A stretch of DNA of 64,000 nt from an uncultured Candidatus Saccharibacteria bacterium (GTDB taxonomy: Bacteria; Patescibacteriota; Doudnabacteria; UBA920; 2-01-FULL-46-14), in assembly GCA_964360335.1 (NCBI GenBank), contig CAYHVH010000002.1:804-64803 (forward strand). The letters are read 5' to 3'. The position numbers and the translations under genes were made by a program. The notes under the pieces were generated by a model. That model worked only from the letters and a program-made list of their open reading frames with translations. It did no database searches and was not told the DNA's origin. Position 1 is the stretch's first letter. Each line of letters starts with the position of its first letter. Shown here piece by piece: positions 36,583-45,704 of the stretch.

Positions 36583-37866
36583 CATTAACTTGAAAATAAA
36601 AATTTCCCGACTGACAAATTGGTCCTTGCGATCGTAGATGATGCTGTTGCGCTCTGTGACTCCGAGGAAAGGGAAGCGTTCTCGTAAAACCGAGGGCAAC
36701 GGATCAACAGTAGTGTAGCCAAGTTTTAGAAGCTTGTCAACCACCGGGAAAAAACGATAATCCCGGTCCTGACGATAAGCCGGGAGCGCGACGACGATCC
36801 GCTTCCCGGGTTCCAAAATCTTGCCGAAAACCTTAAATGCAGAAAGATAAATCTTCTCCAAAACTCTGAAGTTCCCCTGAATGTCCTTTTCCGCCGGCGG
36901 CTCGCTATACGCCGGGCCCAAGGTCCCTTCTGTGACTATCGCTTGGTATGAAAGTTTTGGCAGATTCTTGGGTAAATCCTTAACGTCGCTTAAATAAAGT
37001 TCGAAACGGCCAAGGGGAAGTTTATAGCGGTTTTTAATCCAGGACAGATTTTTTTCGGCATTCTCAATTGCTTTTTCCGCCAGGTCGGCCCCTACACCTT
37101 TAAAACCCATAATCATCGCCTCCTGGAGGATCGTCCCCGAGCCGACAAAGGGATCCAGCACAGCCGCTTTGAGGTTCTGGGCGGCGCTCGCGGGGAGCTG
37201 GGCCAGGTTCAGCATCATCTGGGCAACTTTGGGCGGCAGGAGGCCGATACGGGTGTCCCGAGCCGGTCGCTGGTAGTCCCGCCGACCGTAGTCCTCAAAG
37301 TCCTGGACAGAAAGGGTCTTCGCCAAGTAAATTCGCTCAAAGCCCACCAGAAAATCCAGCTCCGCGCCATGATCAAGAAGATGCTCGTTGGTTACCGTGA
37401 CCGATGGCAAAGAAATTGCCTCCAGCTGCGGCAAAACTCCGCGGACCGAAAAACCGGCCGCGGTCAGGATGCGCTTGAGCATCAGACCGACTCTCTTGGC
37501 CTCGCCGTGCAAAGGTAACTGTTTGGCCATCGGGTAAAGGGAGATTCCGAGCTGAATCTTGCCGGTCAAGTTCCCCAAGATTTTTTCTTTCAGTAATTTG
37601 GCGTCAAAATAATCCTTAAAAACGGCTGACGGGCCAAATTGTTTCTTCCGACCGAGGGCATCCAGCACCGCCATAATCTTGATTGTCCCGCCCAGCCGCC
37701 TCTGAAGCTTGGGAATGTCTAAGCTTTGTTCAACCTCGATAATTAAAACCTCGCGATAAAAATCAACGAGGCGAAAGCTCAAACCCATGTTTTCAAACAC
37801 TGCGAACAGTTCCGCCAGTGACAAAGTAAAGACCCGACCGAGGTGGAAAGCGTATTTAAACTTCAT
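36580..37866 (-). CDS. Class I SAM-dependent RNA methyltransferase (UPF0020 / RlmL/Trm11-like, THUMP-type N-terminus)
   Basis: LDPFVGSGTILQEAMIMG (the DPFxGSGT SAM-binding motif) and a later DPP-like motif region. 428 aa. Confidence 0.65.
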   Translation of the reverse strand: MKFKYAFHLGRVFTLSLAELFAVFENMGLSFRLVDFYREVLIIEVEQSLDIPKLQRRLGGTIKIMAVLDALGRKKQFGPSAVFKDYFDAKLLKEKILGNLTGKIQLGISLYPMAKQLPLHGEAKRVGLMLKRILTAAGFSVRGVLPQLEAISLPSVTVTNEHLLDHGAELDFLVGFERIYLAKTLSVQDFEDYGRRDYQRPARDTRIGLLPPKVAQMMLNLAQLPASAAQNLKAAVLDPFVGSGTILQEAMIMGFKGVGADLAEKAIENAEKNLSWIKNRYKLPLGRFELYLSDVKDLPKNLPKLSYQAIVTEGTLGPAYSEPPAEKDIQGNFRVLEKIYLSAFKVFGKILEPGKRIVVALPAYRQDRDYRFFPVVDKLLKLGYTTVDPLPSVLRERFPFLGVTERNSIIYDRKDQFVSREIFIFKLM

Positions 37867-38248
37867 GGCCGAGATAAAAAATCATGAACGCAATTTAGCT
37901 CTGCTTCTGGGCTACATTTTGGTGGCTGGCCTGTTTTTCAATCTTGGCCGATATGCCGGTTTGAGTAATCCTCCCCAAATTCGTATCGAGGAACCTGCCC
38001 TGAACACTTCACAATTAAATGATACTCTAAAACTTTTGCAGACGCAAACCGCAAAGACCGAAACAGGCGAGGTGGCGGGAGCCGCCACCGAGCTTAATTG
38101 CGAGGGAAAAATCAAAGGCAACATTTCCGCATCCGGAAAGATTTACCACCTCCCGGGCGGAGCGTTTTACAAACGGACTAATCCGGAACTGTGCTTTGGC
38201 ACCGAAGCTGAGGCCCAAACCGCCGGTTTTCGGAAAAGCCAGCGCTAG
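37865..38248 (+). CDS. Small membrane-anchored protein with a conserved C-terminal KIKGN..KIYH.PGG.Y..T..E.CF.TE.EA...GFR.S motif
   Basis: ATG at 37865 after one TM (LALLLGYILVAGLFF). The C-terminal ~45 aa motif recurs in small secreted proteins of Gram-positive and CPR-like genomes; identity is from memory and unverified. Confidence 0.45.
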   Translation: MAEIKNHERNLALLLGYILVAGLFFNLGRYAGLSNPPQIRIEEPALNTSQLNDTLKLLQTQTAKTETGEVAGAATELNCEGKIKGNISASGKIYHLPGGAFYKRTNPELCFGTEAEAQTAGFRKSQR

Positions 38249-38292
38249 GGTATAATCGAATTGAACTAAACCCGAATTTTCGAGGGGGAGCT

Positions 38293-39000
38293 ATGGTCAA
38301 GGAAGGCCGAGAAAACTTAAAAAAGGCAGAGGGATATCTAGCTCAAGGCTCAACTCTCCGCGAACAGGCAAGTCACGCAGCCGCTTTAAGTTTCCTCAAC
38401 GCGGCGATAGCACTGTTTGTCACCGGCAAGGACTACTCCGGGCTGATAAGTGCTTTGGGCAGTCGGTGTCTCACCTGGAAGCACCTCTTGCAGCTGACCG
38501 GAGACAGGGCCTATGCTGTTTTGGCAAAAAAAGACGCGGAGGCTTGTCTTGAGTTAACTCGAATGAAAGGGGTCAAAGCCCATCTTCATACCTCCCATTT
38601 TCGCGTCGCCGAGATACTCATATACTTCAAAGACTACAGCGGCGCGATCAAACACTACGAGCTTGCTTTGCGCCACTATCGCGGGACAAGGGCGGAAAAG
38701 GGAGATTTTCGCTACCACTTGGGAGAAGCCCTTTTTCGGAATGGTCAGGAGAATCTCGGCAAAGCCACGATCCTCAAGGGCCTAAAAGAAATCCAGGACA
38801 ACCGGCGGGAAGTCGGCTCGTTTCTCAGTCACGTTTGGGAGTCGGGCGCTCTAATGCGACTCACTGAACTGTTGTGGCCATCGGAGAGGCAGCTGGCGCG
38901 CGATTACCTTGCTCGAGCGCGGCAAATAATTTCCAGGGACCAAAGACTTGTAATGCGCAAAAAACAGTTGCGTTTATTAACTCAGAGGATTCTAAAATGA
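38293..39000 (+). CDS. Alpha-helical (TPR-like) hypothetical protein
   Basis: Strong SD GAGGGGGAG 3 nt upstream. Helical repeat-like composition. No catalytic motif. Confidence 0.55.
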   Translation: MVKEGRENLKKAEGYLAQGSTLREQASHAAALSFLNAAIALFVTGKDYSGLISALGSRCLTWKHLLQLTGDRAYAVLAKKDAEACLELTRMKGVKAHLHTSHFRVAEILIYFKDYSGAIKHYELALRHYRGTRAEKGDFRYHLGEALFRNGQENLGKATILKGLKEIQDNRREVGSFLSHVWESGALMRLTELLWPSERQLARDYLARARQIISRDQRLVMRKKQLRLLTQRILK

Positions 39001-39004
39001 AACC

Positions 39005-39034
39005 GGGCCTATCTCGCGCGAGATAGGCCTTTTT
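39005..39034 (+). terminator. Rho-independent terminator
   Basis: gcctatctcgcg | cgcgagataggc (12-bp perfect palindrome) followed by TTTTT at 39030-39034, directly after the stop at 39000. Confidence 0.7.
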
Positions 39035-39091
39035 GTTCCATTGTCAACTCTTCTAAATTCCGGTAAAATTCAGTTATTGTTTAGCTTCGGA

Positions 39092-40438
39092 ATGTCTATC
39101 TTTGAAAAAGTTTTTGGCGGCAATCCAATCAAAAGTCTCGAAATTATGAAAATTGATTTTCACGTTCATACGTCCTATTCTCATGATGCTTCTGATTCGC
39201 CGCAAAAATTAATCGACCGGGCTTTGCAAATAGGTCTTGATGCAATTTGCATCACTGACCATAATACCATTGCCGGACTCGAGGAAACAGCCGCCTACGC
39301 CTCGGACAAGCCGATATTAATCATTCCCGGAATTGAAATTCATACCCGTGATGGGCATGTTTTGGGTATCAATGTCACGAAAAAAATTGAGCCGGGACTA
39401 AATTTCGAAGATACAGTGAGACAAATTCGAGATGGTGGAGGAATTGCCATTTTGGCGCACCCCTTTTTTTGGCCACACCATTTTAAGGCCTGGGAGAGGG
39501 TTGATTTTACCAAAATCCGTGATTATTTTGACGGAATAGAAATAATCAACACCTCTGTGTTTCGCAGGGCAAACCGCAAAGCTAGAGTTTTAGCGGAAAA
39601 GTTCGGCCTTCCAGTAACGGCCGGCTCTGATTCGCACAGTCGTGATTATCTCGGCAAAGGGTTTATCGAATTGACCGGTCACGGTCTTACAAGCAAAGAA
39701 GTGGTTGAGGCTATACTCTCCAACCATCCCGGAAATAGGGTTATCGGGCAGGAAATTAAACTTTTGGAAAAGGTAAAATCAGCGGGAATCATTTTTCGGG
39801 AGACGAGGAAAACCCGAGTCAGAGCCGCAGGCACGGAACTGGGGATAATGTCTTTTTTAAAAAACCGCGTCAAGCGGCGGGGTCCAAAAATTGGCAGATT
39901 GGGCTCTTCTCTAGGGCTGCCGCCTAATTTTTTTACCCTCCTGTCTATGGGGTTTGGTGGACTGGTCCTAATCTTTCTCGTAAAAATTAATCTTATTTTT
40001 GCATCTATATTTTTTGCAGCCGCGATTTTTCTGGACTTTGTGGACGGGGCTCTAGCCCGGGCCACTGGTCAGGAAACGACAAAAGGGGCTTATCTGGATA
40101 CCGTGGCTGACCGATATGTCGAAGCCCTGGCTTGGCTAGGATTTTTGTTCCTTCCCTTACCCACCTATTTTTTTGCTCCCCAGATATGGATATTTTTAGG
40201 CTTATTTGGAGGACTCATGACTGCTTACGTCAAGGCAGCAGCAGCGGAAAAAAACTTAGTTCAGGAAGAACTTCCGGATGGCTTTTTCAGTCGGCCCGAG
40301 AGAACCCTTTCCCTCTTAGTAGCTATGGCGGTCGGGCTTTTTGATCTGAAGCTAACTATGATTATTTTAATCTTCGTGGCTTTGGCCGCAAATCTCGCCG
40401 CTTGGCAGAGATTTGCAGCTTACACAAGACATGAATAA
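39092..40438 (+). CDS. Fusion protein: N-terminal PHP-family phosphoesterase plus C-terminal CDP-alcohol phosphatidyltransferase
   Basis: N-terminus: MKIDFHVHTSYSHD...CITDHNT...ILAHPF (PHP metal-binding His/Asp motifs). C-terminus: D-FVDGALARATGQETTKGAYLDTVADRYVE matches the CDP-OH phosphatidyltransferase signature DG..AR...G...D...D inside a polytopic membrane domain. The start could be ATG 39092 or 39146 (the track uses TTG 39041). Confidence 0.75.
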   Translation: MSIFEKVFGGNPIKSLEIMKIDFHVHTSYSHDASDSPQKLIDRALQIGLDAICITDHNTIAGLEETAAYASDKPILIIPGIEIHTRDGHVLGINVTKKIEPGLNFEDTVRQIRDGGGIAILAHPFFWPHHFKAWERVDFTKIRDYFDGIEIINTSVFRRANRKARVLAEKFGLPVTAGSDSHSRDYLGKGFIELTGHGLTSKEVVEAILSNHPGNRVIGQEIKLLEKVKSAGIIFRETRKTRVRAAGTELGIMSFLKNRVKRRGPKIGRLGSSLGLPPNFFTLLSMGFGGLVLIFLVKINLIFASIFFAAAIFLDFVDGALARATGQETTKGAYLDTVADRYVEALAWLGFLFLPLPTYFFAPQIWIFLGLFGGLMTAYVKAAAAEKNLVQEELPDGFFSRPERTLSLLVAMAVGLFDLKLTMIILIFVALAANLAAWQRFAAYTRHE

Positions 40439-40994
40439 CTTGATGGTCTTGATAGGGCAAAGTTTGTATTTTTATTTGCCGGCGTATTTTGCAAACATGA
40501 CTCCACCCGTGATCGCGAAGCTGGGGCTCGTAAAATTCCTGGATAAACCCATGGACTTTGGAGCAAGCTATAAAGGCATACGCATTTTGGGTGATAATAA
40601 AACTTGGCGAGGGTTAGTGTCTGGAACAATCGTCGGAATGGTTGTATTTCTGGTTCAAGCAGAACTTTTCTCCATACCCTACTTTCAAAGGATTTCGCTC
40701 CTCGACTATAATAGTGGAGAGAAAAAGCTTTTGGTTGGGTTTTTCCTGGCCTTTGGGGCCTTGTTTGGAGACGCCCTATTTAGTTTTTTTAAGCGCCGGA
40801 TCGGGCTTGCATCCGGGCGAAAGTGGATTCCCTTTGATCAAATTGACCATGTCATTGGCGCATTTCTTTTGACCTCGCTGGTCCTGCCGCTCGATTTAAA
40901 AGTTTGGCTTCTGGTTTTGATCCTGACTTTTTTCCTGCATTTATTTGTGAATCGGATCGGGTTCGGTCTAGGAATCTCAGAAAGTAAATTTTAG
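40431..40994 (+). CDS. CDP-archaeol synthase-like (CarS/DUF46) CTP:lipid cytidylyltransferase
   Basis: Membrane protein with GDNKTWRG and GDALFSFFKRRIGLASGRKWIPFDQIDHVIGA, which resembles the CarS/CdsA-type cytidylyltransferase signature. Overlaps the upstream stop (ATGAATAA). Confidence 0.6.
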   Translation: MNNLMVLIGQSLYFYLPAYFANMTPPVIAKLGLVKFLDKPMDFGASYKGIRILGDNKTWRGLVSGTIVGMVVFLVQAELFSIPYFQRISLLDYNSGEKKLLVGFFLAFGALFGDALFSFFKRRIGLASGRKWIPFDQIDHVIGAFLLTSLVLPLDLKVWLLVLILTFFLHLFVNRIGFGLGISESKF

Positions 40995-41000
40995 CACGAT

Positions 41001-43601
41001 ATGAATCTTTTGAGGAAAATTTTAGGAGTAGAAAATCCGGTCAGAGGCAGCGAGCATATGGTTGAGAAAATCAATCAACTCGAAAAAGAATTCGAGCAGC
41101 TGTCGCGTAAGGAGCTCCGGGAGAAGACTAATTTTTGGCAAGAGCACATCCGTAACCTCTCCCGGCCTCCAGCCACTCTCCCCTCGTCAGGGGAGGGAAA
41201 AGTTGTAGACTATCTAAACCAAATTCTTCCGGAGGCTTTTGCGGCAGTCCGGGAAGCGGCGAAAAGGACCTTGGGCCAGCGGCACTATGATGTCCAGCTC
41301 GTGGGAGGCATGGTGCTCCATCACGGCAAAGTCGCGGAGATGAAGACCGGCGAGGGAAAAACCTTGGCTGCCACATTAGCCGTGTATTTAAACGCCCTGA
41401 CTGGCAAAGGAGTGCATATCGTAACCGTCAACGATTATCTCGCGCGGCGCGATGCCTCCTGGATGGGTCAAATTTACGACTATCTGGGTTTATCCGTGGC
41501 CGCAATTCAGCACGAGCAGTCGTTTCTTTATACCGAAAAGGACCTCAAAGACGAAATCATTACGGAAGAAGAAAGAACCGGGGTCCAAACTGACGTCAAA
41601 AACTTGGTTTCCCGCTCGCGGAAAGAGGCCTACGCCGCAGACATTCTCTACGGGACGAACAACGAATTTGGCTTTGATTACCTGCGCGACAATATGGCCG
41701 GGAATCTGGAACAGATGGTTCAGCGCGAACTCCACTACGCCATCGTCGACGAGGTTGATTCGATTTTGATTGACGAGGCCAGAACGCCTTTGATTATTTC
41801 TGCGCCAGACGTGGAAAGCACTGACCTGTATCGGGATTTTGCGGGTTTTGCCAAGACTCTGACCGCCGAGGACTACCTGGCGGAGGAAAAACACCGGCAG
41901 GTTACTTACACCGAGAAAGGTTACGAGAAGCTGGAAAAAAAATACGGGCAGGAAATTTATAGCGACATCAAGCTCCGGCACCACGCCGACAGCGCCCTGC
42001 GGGCGGAGATTTTGTTTAAAAAAGACAAAGATTACGTCGTGCGCGAGGGCGAGATTCTCATCGTGGACGAGTTCACCGGCCGGCTGATGCTTGGGCGGCG
42101 CTACTCCGAAGGTTTGCACCAGGCCATCGAAGCCAAAGAAGGAGTGGAGGTCAAACACGAGTCCAAAACCTTGGCGACCATCACCTTCCAGAACTACTTC
42201 CGGCTTTATCAGAAACTGGCTGGGATGACCGGCACGGCCGCGACCGAAGCCGAGGAGTTTCACAAAATTTACAAACTCGACGTGGTGGAAGTTCCGACCA
42301 ACCGGGCGATGATCCGGGCTGACCTGCCGGACAGCGTTTACAAAACCGAGGCCGGAAAATTTCAAGCCATCGTCCGGGAAGTAAAACGCCGTCACGGGCT
42401 CGGCCAACCGCTTTTGATCGGCACCATTTCGATTGAAAAAAACGAACACCTCTCAAACCTCCTCCAAAAGGCCGGCGTCACGCACGAAGTTCTAAACGCC
42501 AAAAACCACGAAAGAGAAGCACAGATTATTGCCCAGGCCGGCCGCCTGGGCGCCGTGACTCTGGCTACGAACATCGCGGGCCGCGGCGTGGACATTATTC
42601 TAGGCGGCAACCCTCCCGATGGGGAGGAAGCCGAAAAAATCAAGGCCGCAGGCGGGCTCCATGTCTTGGGCACCGAACGGCACGAGGCGCGGCGGATAGA
42701 CAACCAGCTCCGCGGCCGCTCCGGGCGCCAAGGGGATCCCGGGTCCTCGCAATTCTTCCTTTCTTTAGAAGACGACTTGATGCGGCTGTTCGGCGGCGAC
42801 CGCGTAAAAGGGCTGATGGATACTTTGGGGATCCCCGAGGACGAGCCGATCGAGCACGGCATGGTGAGCAAAACCATAGAAAGTGCCCAAAAGAAAATTG
42901 AGGGGATGAATTTTGACCTGCGAAAGCACGTCTTGGAATTCGACGACGTCCTGAACAAACAGCGGGAGGTGATTTACGGGAGGCGCCGCAAGATTTTGAG
43001 GGGTGAACTGGACTTGAAAACTTATATTTTGGACAAAGTCGCGCAAGAGATTACAGAGATTGCCACTAACGAAACGGACCAAAAACTGGCGCATCAAGCC
43101 GTGAACGCAATTTTTCCGGTTCCTCAAACTCTCGGAGAGGCCAGAAAAGAAATGGAGCTGTGGATAAGTGATTTGACAAACGCCGCCAAAACTACCTACG
43201 AGGAGAAAGAAAAACGGTTGACCGCCCCTCTAATGCGGCAAATTGAACGAATTATCGCCCTGCAGGCCATCGATAATCTCTGGATGGAACACTTGGACAC
43301 CATGGATCACCTCCGGCAATCCGTGCGGCTCCGAGGTTACGCCCAAAAAGATCCGCTCGTAGAATACAAACAAGATGGCCTGCGGCTTTTTGAGCGGATG
43401 CTCAAAGAGATTGACAAAACCATCGTCTACACGATTTACAAGGTCGAGGTCAGGCCGCGGGAAGAGGTCGCTCCGGTGGGCCGGCCCGCTGAGCGGGCCC
43501 CGGGCCAAGCGAAGCTCGGCCGGAATGATCCCTGTCCCTGCGGTTCGGGCAAGAAATGGAAGAAATGCGGAATGATAAACGCGCCGTATCATAAAAAATA
43601 A
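41001..43601 (+). CDS. secA: Preprotein translocase ATPase SecA (with C-terminal Zn-finger)
   Basis: DEAD motor motifs (MKTGEGKTL, DEVDSILIDEARTPLIIS, TGTA) and the C-terminal CPCGSGKKWKKCG. It contains an in-frame GC-rich palindrome insertion near the N-terminus. Confidence 0.95.
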   Translation: MNLLRKILGVENPVRGSEHMVEKINQLEKEFEQLSRKELREKTNFWQEHIRNLSRPPATLPSSGEGKVVDYLNQILPEAFAAVREAAKRTLGQRHYDVQLVGGMVLHHGKVAEMKTGEGKTLAATLAVYLNALTGKGVHIVTVNDYLARRDASWMGQIYDYLGLSVAAIQHEQSFLYTEKDLKDEIITEEERTGVQTDVKNLVSRSRKEAYAADILYGTNNEFGFDYLRDNMAGNLEQMVQRELHYAIVDEVDSILIDEARTPLIISAPDVESTDLYRDFAGFAKTLTAEDYLAEEKHRQVTYTEKGYEKLEKKYGQEIYSDIKLRHHADSALRAEILFKKDKDYVVREGEILIVDEFTGRLMLGRRYSEGLHQAIEAKEGVEVKHESKTLATITFQNYFRLYQKLAGMTGTAATEAEEFHKIYKLDVVEVPTNRAMIRADLPDSVYKTEAGKFQAIVREVKRRHGLGQPLLIGTISIEKNEHLSNLLQKAGVTHEVLNAKNHEREAQIIAQAGRLGAVTLATNIAGRGVDIILGGNPPDGEEAEKIKAAGGLHVLGTERHEARRIDNQLRGRSGRQGDPGSSQFFLSLEDDLMRLFGGDRVKGLMDTLGIPEDEPIEHGMVSKTIESAQKKIEGMNFDLRKHVLEFDDVLNKQREVIYGRRRKILRGELDLKTYILDKVAQEITEIATNETDQKLAHQAVNAIFPVPQTLGEARKEMELWISDLTNAAKTTYEEKEKRLTAPLMRQIERIIALQAIDNLWMEHLDTMDHLRQSVRLRGYAQKDPLVEYKQDGLRLFERMLKEIDKTIVYTIYKVEVRPREEVAPVGRPAERAPGQAKLGRNDPCPCGSGKKWKKCGMINAPYHKK
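41160..41200 (+). repeat. GC-rich palindromic element, copy e (in-frame inside secA)
   Basis: ctctcccggcctccagccactctcccctcgtcaggggagggaa, with stem ctctcccct / aggggaggg and loop cgtc. It encodes ...SRPPATLPSSGEGKV..., in a stretch not matched in the E. coli SecA alignment (from memory; no search run). Confidence 0.75.
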
Positions 43602-43639
43602 AACTGGACTCTAATTGAAAATGTGCCCTGGAAAATAAT

Positions 43640-43891
43640 ATGGGAAATTTAGAACAAAGAATCCGGACGATTGAGGAAAGAAATCAGCGGGTTGAGGCTG
43701 ATAAAGTATGGGAAACAAGCTGGACAAGACGGGGTTTACTGACAGCATTCACTTATCTGGCAATCGGAGTGTATATGTGGGCGATTGATATTTCTCGACC
43801 GTGGTTGAATGCTGTGGTGCCCGCAGTAGCATTTATGCTATCCACGCTAACGATGCCGTTTTTCAAGAAAATTTGGTTGAAAATAAAATAA
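43640..43891 (+). CDS. Small 2-TM membrane protein, hypothetical
   Basis: 83 aa with two hydrophobic helices. No homology recognised. Confidence 0.4.
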   Translation: MGNLEQRIRTIEERNQRVEADKVWETSWTRRGLLTAFTYLAIGVYMWAIDISRPWLNAVVPAVAFMLSTLTMPFFKKIWLKIK

Positions 43892-43948
43892 TCCTCGCGG
43901 GACAAGTAATAAAAACCAGAGGTGTCGCGGGGCGTAGAAGGATGAAAC

Positions 43949-44338
43949 ATGAAGCAAATCACATTTAGACTAAAACCGGGTCAGTATCTGAAAGAAGAGA
44001 TCGAAAAAGCGGCCCGCGAAAAAGAGATAAGCGCGGGAGTTTTGCTGTCAATTGTTGGTGGGGTTCAAAATGCTGTTTTGCGAATGGCAAAAAATCAGAT
44101 AGTGAAAAAGTGGGATGGGCCATTCGAGATCGTCTCCGGGACAGGTACCGTATCTAAGGATGGCTGCCATATCCACCTATCCTTGTCAGACCAGAAAGGC
44201 AATGTCATTGGCGGACACTTAAAGGACGGTTGCAAAGTGAAATATACAGCAGAGATTGTCATAGGAATATTTGATGATATCTCCTATAAGAGAATTTATG
44301 ATGCTAGTACTGGTTTCAAGGAGTTAGAGATCGAATAA
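43949..44338 (+). CDS. PPC/DUF296-like (AT-hook-associated PD1 fold) protein
   Basis: The pattern ...VLLSIVGGVQNAVLRMAKNQI...FEIVSGTGTVS...HIHLSLSDQKGNVIGGHL resembles DUF296 (PPC domain). Low-to-moderate certainty. Confidence 0.5.
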   Translation: MKQITFRLKPGQYLKEEIEKAAREKEISAGVLLSIVGGVQNAVLRMAKNQIVKKWDGPFEIVSGTGTVSKDGCHIHLSLSDQKGNVIGGHLKDGCKVKYTAEIVIGIFDDISYKRIYDASTGFKELEIE

Positions 44339-44413
44339 TTCCTGCGGTCAGGTAATAAGTACCAAAATTGCCATGGGCAAAAAAAGTCAAATGAGTAATG
44401 AAAACAGAAAGTG

Positions 44414-44422
44414 TGATATAAT
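44414..44422 (+). promoter_or_regulatory. Extended -10 element (TGaTATAAT) 9 nt upstream of the secD ATG
   Basis: tgatataat at 44414-44422. No SD before the ATG at 44432, which suggests a leaderless or very-short-leader transcript. Confidence 0.35.
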
Positions 44423-44431
44423 TTCCTTGCG

Positions 44432-45703
44432 ATGTCGAAAACGCGACTCTATCTGAAATTGGTTGCGGTACTACTGCTCGCTACGGCTAGCGGTTTTATT
44501 GTTTTTGACAGACTGGATATCCTCAAACTTCGGCAAAAGTTTCCTTTTCGGCTAGGCCTCGACCTCCAGGGTGGAACGCATCTGGTCTACGAAGGCGATC
44601 TCAAGGACATTGAGGGCGCCGACCGCAGGGATGCTATGAGTTCAGTCCGGGAGGTCATCGAACGGCGAGTCAACGCGTTTGGCGTTACGGAACCGGTAGT
44701 CCAGGTGGCTGGGGAAAACCGACTGATTGTCGAACTCCCGGGAATCAAGGACATCGCGGGAGCGGTCAAACAAATTGGCCTGACGCCTTTCCTGGAATTC
44801 CGCGAGGAAAACCCAGAGTACCAGCCAGAGGAGGGGACGGGGCAGATCGACTTTTCGAAACAATATCGACCGACCGGCCTTTCCGGAAAACACCTCAAGC
44901 GTTCGGACATCGTCTTTGACCCCAACACCAACCAGCCCCAAATCACCCTGCAGTTCAATGATGAGGGGCGGGACCTGTTTCGGGAAATTACCCGCCGAAA
45001 CGTCGGCCAAACGGTAGCGATCTTTTTGGATGGCGTCCCGATTTCCGCCCCCGTGGTACAGCAAGAAATTACTGCGGGCCAAGCCGTGATCACCGGCCAA
45101 TTTAGTGTCGATGAAGCAAAGCTTTTGGCCCAGCGATTAAACGCGGGCGCCCTGCCGGTCCCGATTAAGCTTCTAGAGCAGCAAAACGTCGGTCCGTCTT
45201 TAGGCAAAATCTCCCTACAGCAAAGTGTCCTGGCCGGAGTTGTCGGCTTTATCGTGGTGGCGCTTTTCATGCTGGCCTACTACCAGCTTTCCGGATTCTC
45301 GGCCGTGCTGGCGCTTTTGGTTTACGTCCTCCTGACTTTGAGCCTCTTCAAGCTTTTCGGCGTCACCTTGACCCTAGCGGGTATTGCCGGCTTTATACTC
45401 TCTGTGGGAATGGCAGTGGATGCCAATGTTTTAGTTTTTGAAAGGGTCAAGGAGGAGCTGCGCGCCGGACTGCCGCCCCCCAAAGCGCTGGAGGAAGGTT
45501 TCCGGCGGGCTTGGAGCGCGATTCGGGATTCTAACGTTTCTTCCCTGATTACCGTCTTTATCCTGGGCTATTTCGGCACAAGCTTGATCCGCGGTTTCGC
45601 CGTAACTCTCGGGGTCGGCATCGTAGTTTCGATGTTCACGGCTTTGACAATTGCTCGAATTTTTCTGCGTACCTTTTACTCTCTAAAACGGTCGGAAAAC
45701 TGA
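44432..45703 (+). CDS. secD: Protein-export membrane protein SecD
   Basis: N-terminal TM, large periplasmic domain (LGLDLQGGTHLVYE...), and a C-terminal 5-TM bundle. Followed by secF. Confidence 0.9.
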   Translation: MSKTRLYLKLVAVLLLATASGFIVFDRLDILKLRQKFPFRLGLDLQGGTHLVYEGDLKDIEGADRRDAMSSVREVIERRVNAFGVTEPVVQVAGENRLIVELPGIKDIAGAVKQIGLTPFLEFREENPEYQPEEGTGQIDFSKQYRPTGLSGKHLKRSDIVFDPNTNQPQITLQFNDEGRDLFREITRRNVGQTVAIFLDGVPISAPVVQQEITAGQAVITGQFSVDEAKLLAQRLNAGALPVPIKLLEQQNVGPSLGKISLQQSVLAGVVGFIVVALFMLAYYQLSGFSAVLALLVYVLLTLSLFKLFGVTLTLAGIAGFILSVGMAVDANVLVFERVKEELRAGLPPPKALEEGFRRAWSAIRDSNVSSLITVFILGYFGTSLIRGFAVTLGVGIVVSMFTALTIARIFLRTFYSLKRSEN

Positions 45704-45704
45704 A

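Noticed and set aside
41490-42958. Long antisense ORFs inside secA (41490-42449, 42392-42958, 42765-43127 minus strand)
   Set aside because: They lie entirely within the strongly supported secA frame and have no recognisable motifs. They are typical antisense open frames in GC-richer coding DNA. The same applies to 22434-23213 in gyrB, 44587-45270 in secD, 35639-36163 in pyrG, 16085-16903 in the helicase gene, 51820-52839 in the Cu-ATPase gene, 63254-63967 in the oxidoreductase gene, 27335-27856 in rplA and 32641-33488 across ftsE/ftsX.
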